From NCBI GenBank assembly GCA_965205505.1, contig CBDBHB010000007.1:480001-544000 (forward strand): 64,000 nucleotides of DNA, read 5' to 3'. A program made the position numbers and the translations under genes. Below are positions 39,618-49,920 of the stretch, in pieces (position 1 is the stretch's first letter; every line of letters starts with the position of its first letter). A model generated the notes under the pieces. That model ran no database searches. It had not been told where the DNA came from and was given only the letters and a program-made list of their open reading frames with translations. The stretch is from Acidobacteriota bacterium (GTDB lineage: Bacteria > Acidobacteriota > UBA890 > WLXD01).

Positions 39618-41156
39618 ATGCGGAAAGCGACGTCATGTGGGTTGGCCACGGTGGCAATGGCCGCCCTGTCCGCGCTGATCGGGTGTGGCTTGCAACCTCA
39701 GGAGCCTCCTCCGCCAGCGCCCTCGTCTGCACCTGAGAACGGCTTGTTGAGATGGCCGCTGCCGCCAGGAGCCGAGGCTTATGCGGACATCGACGGCAGG
39801 CGGCAGCACGAGTACGTGGTAGAGCAAGCGGCCATCTCACGCCGCTATCGCGACCAGGGCCATCCGCGGTTCTGGGGCCGGATCACCGGCACCTCCGGCG
39901 ACGCCGAGAGTGCAGAGTGGTTGGTCGCCAAGTTCCGGGGAATCGGCCTGTCGGATGTGCGCGCTCAACCGCTCGACCTGGAGCCACAATGGATGCCACG
40001 CTCGTGGGCGGTCACGGTCACGGCCGGCGGCAAGACGACGGAGCTCGAATCGGCTCAGCCAGCCTACCGCGCCAACCCGACTCCTCCGGGGGGCCTGGAT
40101 CTCGAAGCCGTGTACGTGGGCCTGGGCAGCGAGGCAGACTTCGCCGGCCGCGATGTCCGCGGCAAGGCCGTCTTTACCTTCAGGATGCCGTTATCGAGCT
40201 CGGAAGCAGCGTTGCAACGGGCGGATTCTCGGGGCGCGGCGGCCGTCTTCAACGTCCCTATGCTGCCCGGGAACCTGCGCTACCAAGCTTACCCCTCGGG
40301 GACCGATGCGCCCGCGTTCAGCCTCGGAAGCGACGACGGCTATGCGGTCCGGGAGCTGATTGCACAGGCCTCGACCGGTGAGCCACCGGGCGTCACGGTC
40401 AACCTCGATGTGGAGCTGACTGCGGGCCTCGAGACCGCGCTCGTCTGGGGGACGCTGCCGGGGCGGACCGACGAGACCATCTACATCATGGCGCACCGCG
40501 ATGGCTGGTTCGATGCTGCCGGCGATAATGCCTCCGGGGTCGCCTCGATGATCGGCCTGGCGGAGCACTATGCCGAGATTCCACCAGCCGAGCGGCGGCG
40601 CACGCTGGTGTTTGTCGGTCTGGATGGGCATCACAACAGCGGCCCCGGCCAAGGCGTGGGCAGAAGGTGGATGGTCGATCACAGAGACGAGCTCTTTGCC
40701 AAGGCCGCGTTGGTGATCAACCTCGAACATCCGTCGACGCTACAGACGACCGTCCGCCCGCGGTACCACGGCACGGTGCAGACCGCCGACGGCCTCAGCT
40801 TTCGGGACGGCGACGATATCGTCTGGGCCAACACCTACATGCCGCAGCAATGGTACGCGGGCGGGCCGACGCGCCCCCAGCTTCAGGCGATCGCCATCCA
40901 GGCGTTTCGCGAGTTCGGAGTCAGCACCTATCTCGAACCGAACCCGGTGCCACCGGCCGGTGATCTGGGTCGCTTCTGGCAGTTCGTCCCCGGACTGGCG
41001 ACCAGCGAGTTCTACCACTACTTCCACTCCGACCTGGAGACCCCGGAGACCGTGCCATGGACCGGGCTCGAGGCCTCGACACGCGCTCATGCACGGATCA
41101 TCGACGAGGTGAACAAGCTCGAGCTCAGCGACCTACAGCGACCGTCAGAACCCTAG
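39618..41156 (+). CDS. M28-family peptidase, probable lipoprotein
   Basis: LIGC lipobox, AHRDGW, DNASG, NLEH, FHS. Confidence 0.82.
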   Translation: MRKATSCGLATVAMAALSALIGCGLQPQEPPPPAPSSAPENGLLRWPLPPGAEAYADIDGRRQHEYVVEQAAISRRYRDQGHPRFWGRITGTSGDAESAEWLVAKFRGIGLSDVRAQPLDLEPQWMPRSWAVTVTAGGKTTELESAQPAYRANPTPPGGLDLEAVYVGLGSEADFAGRDVRGKAVFTFRMPLSSSEAALQRADSRGAAAVFNVPMLPGNLRYQAYPSGTDAPAFSLGSDDGYAVRELIAQASTGEPPGVTVNLDVELTAGLETALVWGTLPGRTDETIYIMAHRDGWFDAAGDNASGVASMIGLAEHYAEIPPAERRRTLVFVGLDGHHNSGPGQGVGRRWMVDHRDELFAKAALVINLEHPSTLQTTVRPRYHGTVQTADGLSFRDGDDIVWANTYMPQQWYAGGPTRPQLQAIAIQAFREFGVSTYLEPNPVPPAGDLGRFWQFVPGLATSEFYHYFHSDLETPETVPWTGLEASTRAHARIIDEVNKLELSDLQRPSEP

Positions 41157-41228
41157 TGCTGCGCCCCACCAATAGTGGTACGCCTGCAGAGTGTAGGATC
41201 GATCTCCGTTGAAACAGGGAGCCTGAAG

Positions 41229-42032
41229 ATGCCGACTACTTGCTTCAAGAAAAGGAACACTTGTCATGCTCGGCGCCGAAACCGGACCCACACGGCCGCG
41301 CGACTCCTCGGCCGTGCGATGGTTGCCGCCCTGATCGCCGGGATACCGGCGATCGGTCTCGCCGCACAGCAGGTGGGCGTGTTCTACCCCGACATCCCCG
41401 GTGAGCTGTTGCTCGACAACGAGTACGTCGTCGTGCAGAGGTTCATCATCGAGCCGGGGCAGTGGGAGGGGATTCACTCCCATCCGGGCAACCAGATCGC
41501 GGTGCGCGTCAAAGGCGGCCTCTGGGCCGGACGCCGCGGTGGCCGCGAGGTGTACAGGATGACCGAGCCTTTGGAGGATGGCTCGGTCGGATGGCAGGAG
41601 GCCATCGATATCTCCGAACAACACGACTCGGGCAACGTCGGAGATACGCCAATCGATCTCATCTGGATCACCCTGAAGTCCTGTGAGCCGGGGTCGAACC
41701 ACGACGTCGGTCAGTTCTATCCGAACGTTCCGGCCGAGGTGCTCCTCGAGAACGAGCGCGTCGTCGTACAGCGGTTCGTCACCCAGCCTGGCCAGTGGCA
41801 GGGAGTCCATTCCCACCCTGGCAACCAGGTCTTCGTCCACACAAGGGGCGGCGAATGGACCATCAGCAGGGGTGCGCGCGAGACCGTTTCGGATGCCGAG
41901 ACCGGCTCGGCCGGCTGGTGGGAACGCGTCGATATGAGCGAACAGCACGATACCGGCAACAGCGGCGATACTCCCATCGAGCACATCTTGGTCAACCTCA
42001 AGCCGTGCGGATCGCTCGATAGCGGCGACTAG
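41229..42032 (+). CDS. Secreted tandem-cupin protein (start uncertain)
   Basis: Two similar repeats of LL[DE]NExVVVQRFxxxPGQWxGxHSHPGNQ..SEQHDxGNxGDTPI. Confidence 0.8.
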   Translation: MPTTCFKKRNTCHARRRNRTHTAARLLGRAMVAALIAGIPAIGLAAQQVGVFYPDIPGELLLDNEYVVVQRFIIEPGQWEGIHSHPGNQIAVRVKGGLWAGRRGGREVYRMTEPLEDGSVGWQEAIDISEQHDSGNVGDTPIDLIWITLKSCEPGSNHDVGQFYPNVPAEVLLENERVVVQRFVTQPGQWQGVHSHPGNQVFVHTRGGEWTISRGARETVSDAETGSAGWWERVDMSEQHDTGNSGDTPIEHILVNLKPCGSLDSGD

Positions 42033-42103
42033 TGCTCCTGATCATAAGTACGGTGACGTTTGCAGGAGCGGATCCCGATTCCTGCTGCCGCTGGCGGAGA
42101 GCT

Positions 42104-42652
42104 TCACGCGCTCCCCCGCAATCGGAGCTCGAATAGCTGCTCCGCGCCGTCCTCGGTACGAGGATGGCGGAGAAATCCGTTGTTCTCCAGCACCCGCCGA
42201 GACGGATCGTTGTCGCGGTCAACACCCCCAACGATCGACGCGACGTCCGCCTTGCGGCACCACTCGACAAATCCTCGAACCAGCTCACTGGCCAGACCGC
42301 GCCCCCACGCCGACTCCGCAAGCACGTAGCCGAGCCGAATCTCGGTGCCGCGCGCTAGTCCGTGGTCTATCTCAAACAGAATGATCAATCCGACGGGCAA
42401 TCGCGACGATCGCTCCACCGCAAGTAGCGTCGTGCCTTCACGGTCGCGTTCCCTGATCCACTCTTGTGCGCGCTCTACCGTATAAGCTCCTTGCCACGCT
42501 TCCGGTAGCGATCGCGTGACCCGTGGGGTGAGCACGGACGTCAAGATGTTTGCAAGCTCCTGTGGCGCCCACGCCTCGGCAGGCAGCGAGTGCCACTCGC
42601 TGACGACCAGCCGAGGCGTTGCGAAACTGCAGGTCTTGCAGACCAACCTCAA
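42104..42652 (-). CDS. RimJ/RimL-type GNAT acetyltransferase
   Basis: LGYVLAESAWGRGLASE, NDPSRRVLENNGF. Confidence 0.85.
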   Translation of the reverse strand: MRLVCKTCSFATPRLVVSEWHSLPAEAWAPQELANILTSVLTPRVTRSLPEAWQGAYTVERAQEWIRERDREGTTLLAVERSSRLPVGLIILFEIDHGLARGTEIRLGYVLAESAWGRGLASELVRGFVEWCRKADVASIVGGVDRDNDPSRRVLENNGFLRHPRTEDGAEQLFELRLRGSA

Positions 42653-42787
42653 TCATCTCCCTGCAGACGGTGTCTCCATGACGCGGGGATTCTCTGCCCC
42701 TGTAAACCACTCGCGTCTGCCGACTACAATCCTACCGGCCCTTTTTTCGACAATTGCCGATCTCTAGCTGCTGGTGATTCCTCGACC

Positions 42788-43675
42788 ATGCTCACGACTC
42801 GAAAGTACGGGTCGGTCTCGAGACTCTGGATCTGCTGCACCCTCGCGGTGGCGGGAGTTGCCCTCTTCGGCGAGCAAGTGGCCTCTGAGCAACAGTCCAG
42901 GAAGCTGCTCTTCCTGACGCACGCCGGGTACTACAAGCACAGCAGCCTTGGGCCTGCCGAAACCGCGGTTACCTCCTGGGGGCCGGAGGCCGGCTTCGAG
43001 GTCACTGTGCTCCAGGGATACTTGCAGGACGCCGAAAGCCTGGATCTCTCGATCATCGACGCGGAATACCTGGCCCGCTTCGACGGGGTCATGATGATGA
43101 CCAACGGAAACCTGCCTCTCACCGACTCGCAGAGAAGTGCGCTGGTAGATTTCGTGAGCAATGGTGGCGGGTTCATCGGAGTCCACTGCGCCGCCCTGAC
43201 CCTGTACGACTACCCCGAGTTTGGGAAGATGCTCGGCGGCTATTTCCGCCGCACCGTCGGCCAGAACCGGGTTGTCGTCCGCGAGGTCGAGGACTCAGAC
43301 CATCCCGCAACAAGAATGCTGGGCGACAGTTGGCCAATCGTCGACGAGTTCTACCAGTACGGCACCGCGGCGTGGACGGCGGACCGGCCGGAGGAGAACG
43401 TGGACGTGCTCTTCGACAACCGAATCCCACTCGGGTTGTCACGGGAGCGGGTGCATGTATTGCTCAGCATCGACACGGAGCAAACCGACCTCGAAGGGCT
43501 CGACGATATGGAGCCGGGCGGCGACTATCCCCAAGCCTGGTATCAGGACTTTGGTGAGGGACGATCGTTCTACACATCGCTTGGCCACCGCGACGATCTT
43601 TGGAGCAGCGACCCCGTCTTTCGAGCTCACCTGGTGGGAGGTATCCGGTGGGCGCTTGGCTTGGAGCCGGGCTAA
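42788..43675 (+). CDS. ThuA-domain secreted protein
   Basis: GYYKHSS, GGGFIGVH, DEFY, GRSFYTSLGH, GGIRWALG. Confidence 0.88.
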   Translation: MLTTRKYGSVSRLWICCTLAVAGVALFGEQVASEQQSRKLLFLTHAGYYKHSSLGPAETAVTSWGPEAGFEVTVLQGYLQDAESLDLSIIDAEYLARFDGVMMMTNGNLPLTDSQRSALVDFVSNGGGFIGVHCAALTLYDYPEFGKMLGGYFRRTVGQNRVVVREVEDSDHPATRMLGDSWPIVDEFYQYGTAAWTADRPEENVDVLFDNRIPLGLSRERVHVLLSIDTEQTDLEGLDDMEPGGDYPQAWYQDFGEGRSFYTSLGHRDDLWSSDPVFRAHLVGGIRWALGLEPG

Positions 43676-43751
43676 TCACGGCTCGGATGGTTGGCAAGGT
43701 GCAGCCCGGGCACCGTAGACAGCCACCCGCCTTGCCCACTTCGTGGATCCG

Positions 43752-45566
43752 CTACGGATTGAACGCCCGGTAGTAGTCGCCGCCCACGTACCGCGCGGAT
43801 AGCGTCCTGCCGGCCGCGAGGGCGCCGAAGTGGATCCGTTCTGCGGCGTCTTCATCCCCGACGGCGAAGACACCGTCCTCGAGGGGGAAGAGTTGCTGCG
43901 CCGATCCCTGGGGATAGACCAGGTAGAGGCGCCCCTTGCGAGCCAGGACGCGGAAGTTGCTCATCCAGGGGTTGTGCGAGCGATAGTGACCCTCGTAGGA
44001 GCGCCACGACTCCGGCAGCTCGAAGCTCTCAGGCCCGGTGTAGCGCTTGTGGCGGAACCACTCCGCGCCGTGGAACGCCTCCACCACGTCGCCGTCCTCA
44101 CGCCCGACGACAAGCGGGAACCGTGCGAACTCCGGGTGGTCGACGACGAACGCATCGTTCCTCGAGCGCAACAGGCGAATGCGCTCCGGTGCCGGGTTGG
44201 ACTCGGAGCCGCGGCTGGGGGCGACCTCGAGGAAGAGCCTGCCTCCATCCGCTACGACCGCCACCTGCCTGGAGTCGGATCGGTACGTACCGGTGTACTC
44301 CTGTGTGTCCTCGATGCGCTCGCGATCCGGCGCCTGCGGCAGCGCGGGTAGCTTCTCGCCACGGCGAACCGCGGCGGCCAGGTCGAGCGCGAAACGCGCC
44401 ACGGCTCCGGCCGGGCCTCCGGCGTTCATCATCACCGCCGCACCCAAGCCAGCATCCAGGTCCGCGATGATGCTTGACACGAACGAGAGATGGCCGCCGC
44501 CATGAGTCAACACCGTACGGCCGTCCGCCTCCAAGACGTTGATGCCGTAGCCGTAGTAGGCGTTGTCCGCGAACTCCGTCCATCTGCCGGTGAACAGCTG
44601 AAAACTGTCCTCGGACAGGATCCGGCCGCCGGGTCCCTGGCCCCCGTTGAGCAGCATGCGGAGATAGGCGGCCATGTCGGCCGGAGTTGACGTGACGCTA
44701 CCATCGCCCGCGCCGTACTCGTGCCAGCCGGCCGGGACAAGGAGAGCCCCGGGAAGCGTCGGACGATCGTCGTGCAGGGGCCGGTAGGCGACGGCGGACA
44801 GCTGTCGCGTCTCAGCGGTGATCGACCCGTGCGACGCTGCCATGCCGAGCGGCTCCAAGATGCCAGCCTCGAGAATCTTGCCGAGTGGCTCGCCGCGTAC
44901 CGCTTCGAGCAACAGCCCCAGGGTCTTGTACCCGACATTGGAGTAGTGGAAGCGCTCGCCCGGCCCGGTGGTGAGCCGCGAGTGGCGCAGGGCCCACGCC
45001 TCGTAGTACCCGTGCGGTGCGAGGTCCGAGCCCCCGATGATCCCCGCCGTATGGGTGAGCAGATCGTGCACGGTAATCGGTGGCCGATCAGACTGGATCT
45101 CGAACCAGGGCAGATAGGTGTGCACGGGGGCGTGCAGATCGATCGTTCCCCGCTCGTGCTCCTGCAGGATGGCGATGGCGGTGAACGACTTGCCAATCGA
45201 GCCCATCAGAAACAGCGTGTCCGGCCGCACCGGGCTGCGGGCATCGAGGTTGGCAAAGCCGTAGGTCCAGACCCCCAGGAGACGATCCGTATCGGTCAGC
45301 GCCAGCGCCATGCCGGGCAGGGCCCATTCATCGATCTGCTGCTGGGCGTAGCGATCCAGCAGGGTGAACGCCTCGTACCACGATTCCTCGAGATCCGAGG
45401 CGACCTCCTGGTACTGAAGGGCGGTCGGTTCAAGCACGGTGTCGGCGGAGTTGCTGCAACTGCTGGCGAGGATCAAGACACCAGCGAGCGACCCGCTGAT
45501 CAGCAGAACCCGATATCGAGACGTCGTGTACTTGTACTGGCTCCGTTTCGGATACTTCATGGGCAA
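43752..45566 (-). CDS. Serine hydrolase (beta-lactamase/class C fold)
   Basis: GSIGKSFT (SxxK), LLTHTAG, FHYSN, HGG. Confidence 0.9.
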   Translation of the reverse strand: MPMKYPKRSQYKYTTSRYRVLLISGSLAGVLILASSCSNSADTVLEPTALQYQEVASDLEESWYEAFTLLDRYAQQQIDEWALPGMALALTDTDRLLGVWTYGFANLDARSPVRPDTLFLMGSIGKSFTAIAILQEHERGTIDLHAPVHTYLPWFEIQSDRPPITVHDLLTHTAGIIGGSDLAPHGYYEAWALRHSRLTTGPGERFHYSNVGYKTLGLLLEAVRGEPLGKILEAGILEPLGMAASHGSITAETRQLSAVAYRPLHDDRPTLPGALLVPAGWHEYGAGDGSVTSTPADMAAYLRMLLNGGQGPGGRILSEDSFQLFTGRWTEFADNAYYGYGINVLEADGRTVLTHGGGHLSFVSSIIADLDAGLGAAVMMNAGGPAGAVARFALDLAAAVRRGEKLPALPQAPDRERIEDTQEYTGTYRSDSRQVAVVADGGRLFLEVAPSRGSESNPAPERIRLLRSRNDAFVVDHPEFARFPLVVGREDGDVVEAFHGAEWFRHKRYTGPESFELPESWRSYEGHYRSHNPWMSNFRVLARKGRLYLVYPQGSAQQLFPLEDGVFAVGDEDAAERIHFGALAAGRTLSARYVGGDYYRAFNP

Positions 45567-45751
45567 TGACCCCAGGTCAGGCCTAGTCTGGTGCCGGGTT
45601 TCACGGCGCTACCAGAGGGAGGTGCTTGTGCACCTGCAGCCTATCGCTGGACCGGACGAGCGCCAACAGGCGCAAGCGGTCGGGCCGGAGGTCAGAACCT
45701 CCCGGCGGCGCCAGCGAGCAGGAACAGCTCCTGCCGCTCGGCCGGCGAAAG

Positions 45752-45790
45752 TTGAAATTCGTGGAGCTTCAACGTACGCTAATACGTACG
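45752..45790 (+). promoter_or_regulatory. TA promoter and operator
   Basis: TTGAAA-17bp-TACGCT; two CGTACG palindromes at 45773 and 45785. Confidence 0.65.
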
Positions 45791-45808
45791 TCATAGAGAG
45801 AGTGCGCA

Positions 45809-46051
45809 ATGACCACGATCACAGCGACGGAAGCGCGCAAGAAGCTCTACAACCTGATCGACGAGGTGCAGGAATCGCACGATCCCGTGCAGATCACCGG
45901 CAAGCGCGGCAATGCCGTACTGATCAGCGAGGACGACTGGCACGCGGTACAGGAGACGCTATACCTCGTATCGATTCCGGGAATGCGCCAGTCCATCCGC
46001 AAGGGTATGGCCACGCCCGTTGACGAGCTCGAGGAACAGCTCGACTGGTGA
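45809..46051 (+). CDS. yefM: Phd/YefM antitoxin
   Basis: ITATEARKKLYNLID..ETLYL. Confidence 0.93.
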   Translation: MTTITATEARKKLYNLIDEVQESHDPVQITGKRGNAVLISEDDWHAVQETLYLVSIPGMRQSIRKGMATPVDELEEQLDW

Positions 46052-46311
46052 GCTGGCGACTCGTCTACACGAAAGCAGCGAAGAAAGACGCCAAGAAGCT
46101 CGTGGCGGCTGGCCTCAAACCCAGGACGCAAGCTCTTCTCGAGATCCTCTCAGAGAACCCGTATCAATCCCCACCGCGTTTCGAGAAGCTCGTCGGTGAC
46201 CTCGATGGTGCTTACTCCCGGAGGATCAACATCCAGCACAGGCTTGTCTACCAGATCGTCGCAGACGAGAAGGTGATCAAGGTGCTCCGGATGTGGACGC
46301 ACTACGAGTAG
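46048..46311 (+). CDS. yoeB: Txe/YoeB toxin
   Basis: EKLVGDLDGAYSRRINIQHRLVY..WTHYE; GTGA overlap with the antitoxin. Confidence 0.94.
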   Translation: MSWRLVYTKAAKKDAKKLVAAGLKPRTQALLEILSENPYQSPPRFEKLVGDLDGAYSRRINIQHRLVYQIVADEKVIKVLRMWTHYE

Positions 46312-46535
46312 CGGAGGGCGATATTCACGGCGCGCTCGCCAGCGTGCGTGTTCTGCCACCCATCGAACCGAACCTCGGGAACTGTTGCATCGATGTCTGT
46401 GACGATACGCTCCACGATCACCGGCGTGTCACTGTTCCTGACCTCCTCGAACAGCTCAGTAGGCGCTGCCTTGCCGCGTTCCTCCTCTTCGATCGGTGGG
46501 ACGGAGCGCTCGGTCGCACCTCGAGCACGACCAAT
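46312..46535 (-). pseudogene. C-terminal fragment of a type I restriction R subunit
   Basis: Minus frame reads EEERGKAAPTELFEEVRNSDTPVIVERIVTDID..VRFDGWQNTHAGER, which I recall as an HsdR tail. Confidence 0.6.
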
Positions 46536-46555
46536 CTGAGGGAAGGATCTCGCTC

Positions 46556-47989
46556 TTGGGCATCGACCAAACCATCGACCAGTTCATGCGTCCGCTCGCG
46601 GACGCGATCTACGGCTTCGTCTTCTACGCCGTGCCGGTCGCCGGCGCCGAGCTACCGCTGATCGTGTTGTGGCTGATCGCCGGGGGGCTCTTCTTCACGC
46701 TCTATCTGCGCTTCATCAACATCCGCGGGTTCCAACACGCGCTACACCTGGTCAGCGGCCGGTACGCCGACCCGCTCCACCCAGGGGAGGTCACGCACTT
46801 CCAGGCGTTGGCGACCGCGCTGTCGGGCACCGTCGGCATCGGCAACATCGCCGGCGTTGCGGTGGCGATCTCGGTCGGTGGGCCGGGCGCGACGCTATGG
46901 ATGATCATCGCCGGCCTGCTCGGGATGAGCACCAAATTCGCCGAGTGCACCCTGGCGGTGAAGTTCAGGCACGAGCACGAGGACCGCTCGGTCAGCGGCG
47001 GACCGATGTACTTCCTGGAACGTGGGCTGGCGTTGCGAGAGCTGCCCCGTCTGGGCCGCGCCCTCGGGATCTTCTACGCAGCCGCGATGGTCGTCGGGTG
47101 CCTCGGAATCGGGAACATGTTCCAATCCAACCAGGTCGCGGCGATCCTGATCGACGTCACCGGAGGCACAGACAGCTTCTTCTTCGGCAGGGCCTGGTTG
47201 CTGGGCCTCGCGATGGCGGTCGTCGTGGCGCTGGTGATCCTCGGTGGCATCCAGAGCATCGCCAGAACCACGTCGAAGCTCGTCCCGTTCATGGCGGTGC
47301 TGTACCTGTTCTCGGCGCTGCTCATCCTGGGTCTCAACTTCGAGCAGCTGCCCAGGGCGGTGGGCCAGATCTGGCAGGGCGCGCTGGCGCCGGAATCGAT
47401 CGCCGGCGGCCTGATCGGCGTCATGATCGTCGGCTTCCGGCGTGCGGTCTTCTCGAACGAAGCCGGCCTCGGCTCCGCGGCGATCGCGCACTCCGCGGTG
47501 CGTACCGACGAGCCCGTCACCGAAGGCTTCGTCGCCCTACTGGAGCCGTTCATAGATACCGTCGTCATCTGCACGATGACCGCGCTCGTCATCGTGACGA
47601 CGGTCTACGACCCGGCGCTGGCGTCGACCGAGGTGAGCGGAATCCAGCTGACGACGGAAGCGTTCGCGAGCACGTTGTCATGGTCGCCGGTTCCGCTGTC
47701 GATCGCCGCCGTGCTCTTCGCGTTCTCGACGATGCTGTCCTGGAGCTACTACGGCCTCAAGTCGTTCACGTACCTGGCAGGACATCGTCCGATCGTCGAG
47801 ATCGGCTTCAAGCTCTTCTTCTGCCTCTTCATCGTCCTGGGCAGCAGCATCCAGCTCGGCGCGCTCGTCGACCTGTCGGACGCGCTGATCTTCCTGGTGG
47901 CGATCCCGAATCTCGCGGGGCTCTACCTTCTCGCCCCGGTCTTGAAGGAGGAGCTGATCTCGTATCGGGAGCGCCTCGGACGCTACTGA
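46556..47989 (+). CDS. Alanine/glycine:cation symporter (AGCS family)
   Basis: ALSGTVGIGNIAGVA, GGPGA, GGPMY, FSNEAGLGS, FIDTVVIC. Confidence 0.93.
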   Translation: MGIDQTIDQFMRPLADAIYGFVFYAVPVAGAELPLIVLWLIAGGLFFTLYLRFINIRGFQHALHLVSGRYADPLHPGEVTHFQALATALSGTVGIGNIAGVAVAISVGGPGATLWMIIAGLLGMSTKFAECTLAVKFRHEHEDRSVSGGPMYFLERGLALRELPRLGRALGIFYAAAMVVGCLGIGNMFQSNQVAAILIDVTGGTDSFFFGRAWLLGLAMAVVVALVILGGIQSIARTTSKLVPFMAVLYLFSALLILGLNFEQLPRAVGQIWQGALAPESIAGGLIGVMIVGFRRAVFSNEAGLGSAAIAHSAVRTDEPVTEGFVALLEPFIDTVVICTMTALVIVTTVYDPALASTEVSGIQLTTEAFASTLSWSPVPLSIAAVLFAFSTMLSWSYYGLKSFTYLAGHRPIVEIGFKLFFCLFIVLGSSIQLGALVDLSDALIFLVAIPNLAGLYLLAPVLKEELISYRERLGRY

Positions 47990-48116
47990 GCGTTCTTTTG
48001 TGCCCGACCGAGCCGCACAGTACGATCACGAGCCTCGAACCATGCGCGGTCCGCTGAGAAGCGCTTGGCCGAGCACCGAGGCGAACCGTCGGGACAACCG
48101 ATCGCGGGGTGGCTAT

Positions 48117-49826
48117 ATGAACAGATCGATACGAGCCGTCGTCGTAGTCACGCTCGCGCTCGTCGTCGGCTCCGGCGGGTGCGCACCCGGGGGCGACTCG
48201 GGGCCGCAGGCCGACACGATCTTCTTCGGCGGCCACATCGTCACGATGGACCCCGCCCAGCCGTCCGTGGACGCGGTGGCGGTGACCGGCGAGACGATCA
48301 CGGCCGCCGGCACACTCGACGAGATCATGGCGCTGCAGAGCGCCTCGACGCGCGTCGTCGACCTCGGTGAGCGTGCGCTGCTGCCCGGTTTCATCGACGC
48401 ACACGGTCACTTCCTCGGAGCGGGGCGCGCGCTCGATGCTCTGTCGCTCCACTCCCCGCCGGTGGGGGACGTCACGAACAGCGACGAGCTCGTCGCCAAG
48501 ATTCGGCGCTGGATCGAGGAGAAGGAGATCCCGCCGGGTGAGGTCGTCTCCGGAGGGGGCTATGACGACTCGCTGCTCGACGAGAAGCGCCATCCGACGC
48601 GCTTCGATCTCGATCGAGCGTCGACCGAGCACCCGATCGTCATCGTTCACGTATCGGGGCATCTCAGGGCGGCCAACTCCGCAGCGCTCGCGGCGAGCAA
48701 CATAACGGCCGACACACCCGACCCCGCGGGCGGCCACATCAGGCGGGTCGAGAGCTCGAAGGAGCCGAACGGTGTCTTCGAGGAACGCGCCGGCCGGCTT
48801 CTCGTCGGCGGAGGCTCGTCGCCGACGCCCGAGGAATTCGACGAGCTGATCCGCAAGTCGATCGACGTCTATCTCGGCTACGGCACCACCACGATCCAGA
48901 ACGGTGGCGGCACGAGCCCGGAGATGGTCGAGACGATCCGCGCGGCCGCCGAGCGAGAGCCGCTGCTCGCCGACGTGGCGGTCTTCACGAGCGCTGACGC
49001 GATCCTGGAGAATCGGCTCCAGCACGAGCCGAGCTACCGAAACGGCTTCCGCGTCGCGGGCGTCAAGTTCGTGCTCGACGGCTCGCCCCAAGGGCGCACG
49101 GCATGGGTCACCGAGCCGTACGAGGAAGGACCGCCCGGGGCACCGGCGGACTACCGGGCCTACGGGACGATGGATCCGGACGTCTACAAAGCCCAGGCGG
49201 CGGCGCTGATCGAGCGGGGCGTGCCCTTCCTCGCCCACGGCAACGGCGACGCCGCTATGGACCTGATGCTCGACGGCGTCGACGAGGCGGTCTCCGGCAT
49301 GGACGCGACGCCGGATCACCGCTCGGTGATCATCCACGCACAGCTCATGCGCGCCGACCAGCTCGACCGCGCCGCCGAGCTGAGCGTCGTGCCCTCGTTC
49401 TTCGCCGCGCACACCTTCTTCTGGGGCGACTGGCACCGGATCAGCTTCGGCGAGGAGCGAGGGAGCAACATCAGCCCGCTACGCTGGGCGATCGACCGGG
49501 GCGTGCGCTTCACCGTGCACAACGACGCCTCGGTCGTCCCGCCGGACATGATGCGCCTGATCTCGATCACCGTGAACCGGAAGACTCGTAGCAGTCACGT
49601 TCTCGGACCCCATCAGCGCGCCACGATCCAGGAGGCGCTGCACGCGGTCACGCTCGGCGCTGCGTATCAGTACTTCGAGGAGGACCGGAAGGGCTCGATC
49701 ACCGTGGGGAAACAGGCAGATCTCGTGATCCTGGGGCAGAACCCGCTCACGTCAGATCCGGCCGAGCTCGAGAACATCCCGATCATGGAGACATTCTCGC
49801 GGGGTCGGTCAGTCTACACGCGATGA
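48117..49826 (+). CDS. Amidohydrolase_3 (YtcJ-like) lipoprotein
   Basis: Signal peptide ending GGC, PGFIDAHGH, DGSPQGRTA, AHGNGD, IHAQ, HND, GKQADLV. Confidence 0.9.
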   Translation: MNRSIRAVVVVTLALVVGSGGCAPGGDSGPQADTIFFGGHIVTMDPAQPSVDAVAVTGETITAAGTLDEIMALQSASTRVVDLGERALLPGFIDAHGHFLGAGRALDALSLHSPPVGDVTNSDELVAKIRRWIEEKEIPPGEVVSGGGYDDSLLDEKRHPTRFDLDRASTEHPIVIVHVSGHLRAANSAALAASNITADTPDPAGGHIRRVESSKEPNGVFEERAGRLLVGGGSSPTPEEFDELIRKSIDVYLGYGTTTIQNGGGTSPEMVETIRAAAEREPLLADVAVFTSADAILENRLQHEPSYRNGFRVAGVKFVLDGSPQGRTAWVTEPYEEGPPGAPADYRAYGTMDPDVYKAQAAALIERGVPFLAHGNGDAAMDLMLDGVDEAVSGMDATPDHRSVIIHAQLMRADQLDRAAELSVVPSFFAAHTFFWGDWHRISFGEERGSNISPLRWAIDRGVRFTVHNDASVVPPDMMRLISITVNRKTRSSHVLGPHQRATIQEALHAVTLGAAYQYFEEDRKGSITVGKQADLVILGQNPLTSDPAELENIPIMETFSRGRSVYTR

Positions 49827-49920
49827 GTCGATGGCCGCGGCGCGGCACGGCGGAAGGAGAAGATGGCAGTGAATCGGACGACGGTCTCGGGATGAACCTG
49901 GCACAGGAAATGAGGATCTA

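Noticed and set aside
43752-45566. Antibiotic-resistance beta-lactamase
   Set aside because: SxxK/YxN motifs are shared by many esterases and peptidases; the long C-terminal extension and HGG motif favour a general serine hydrolase.
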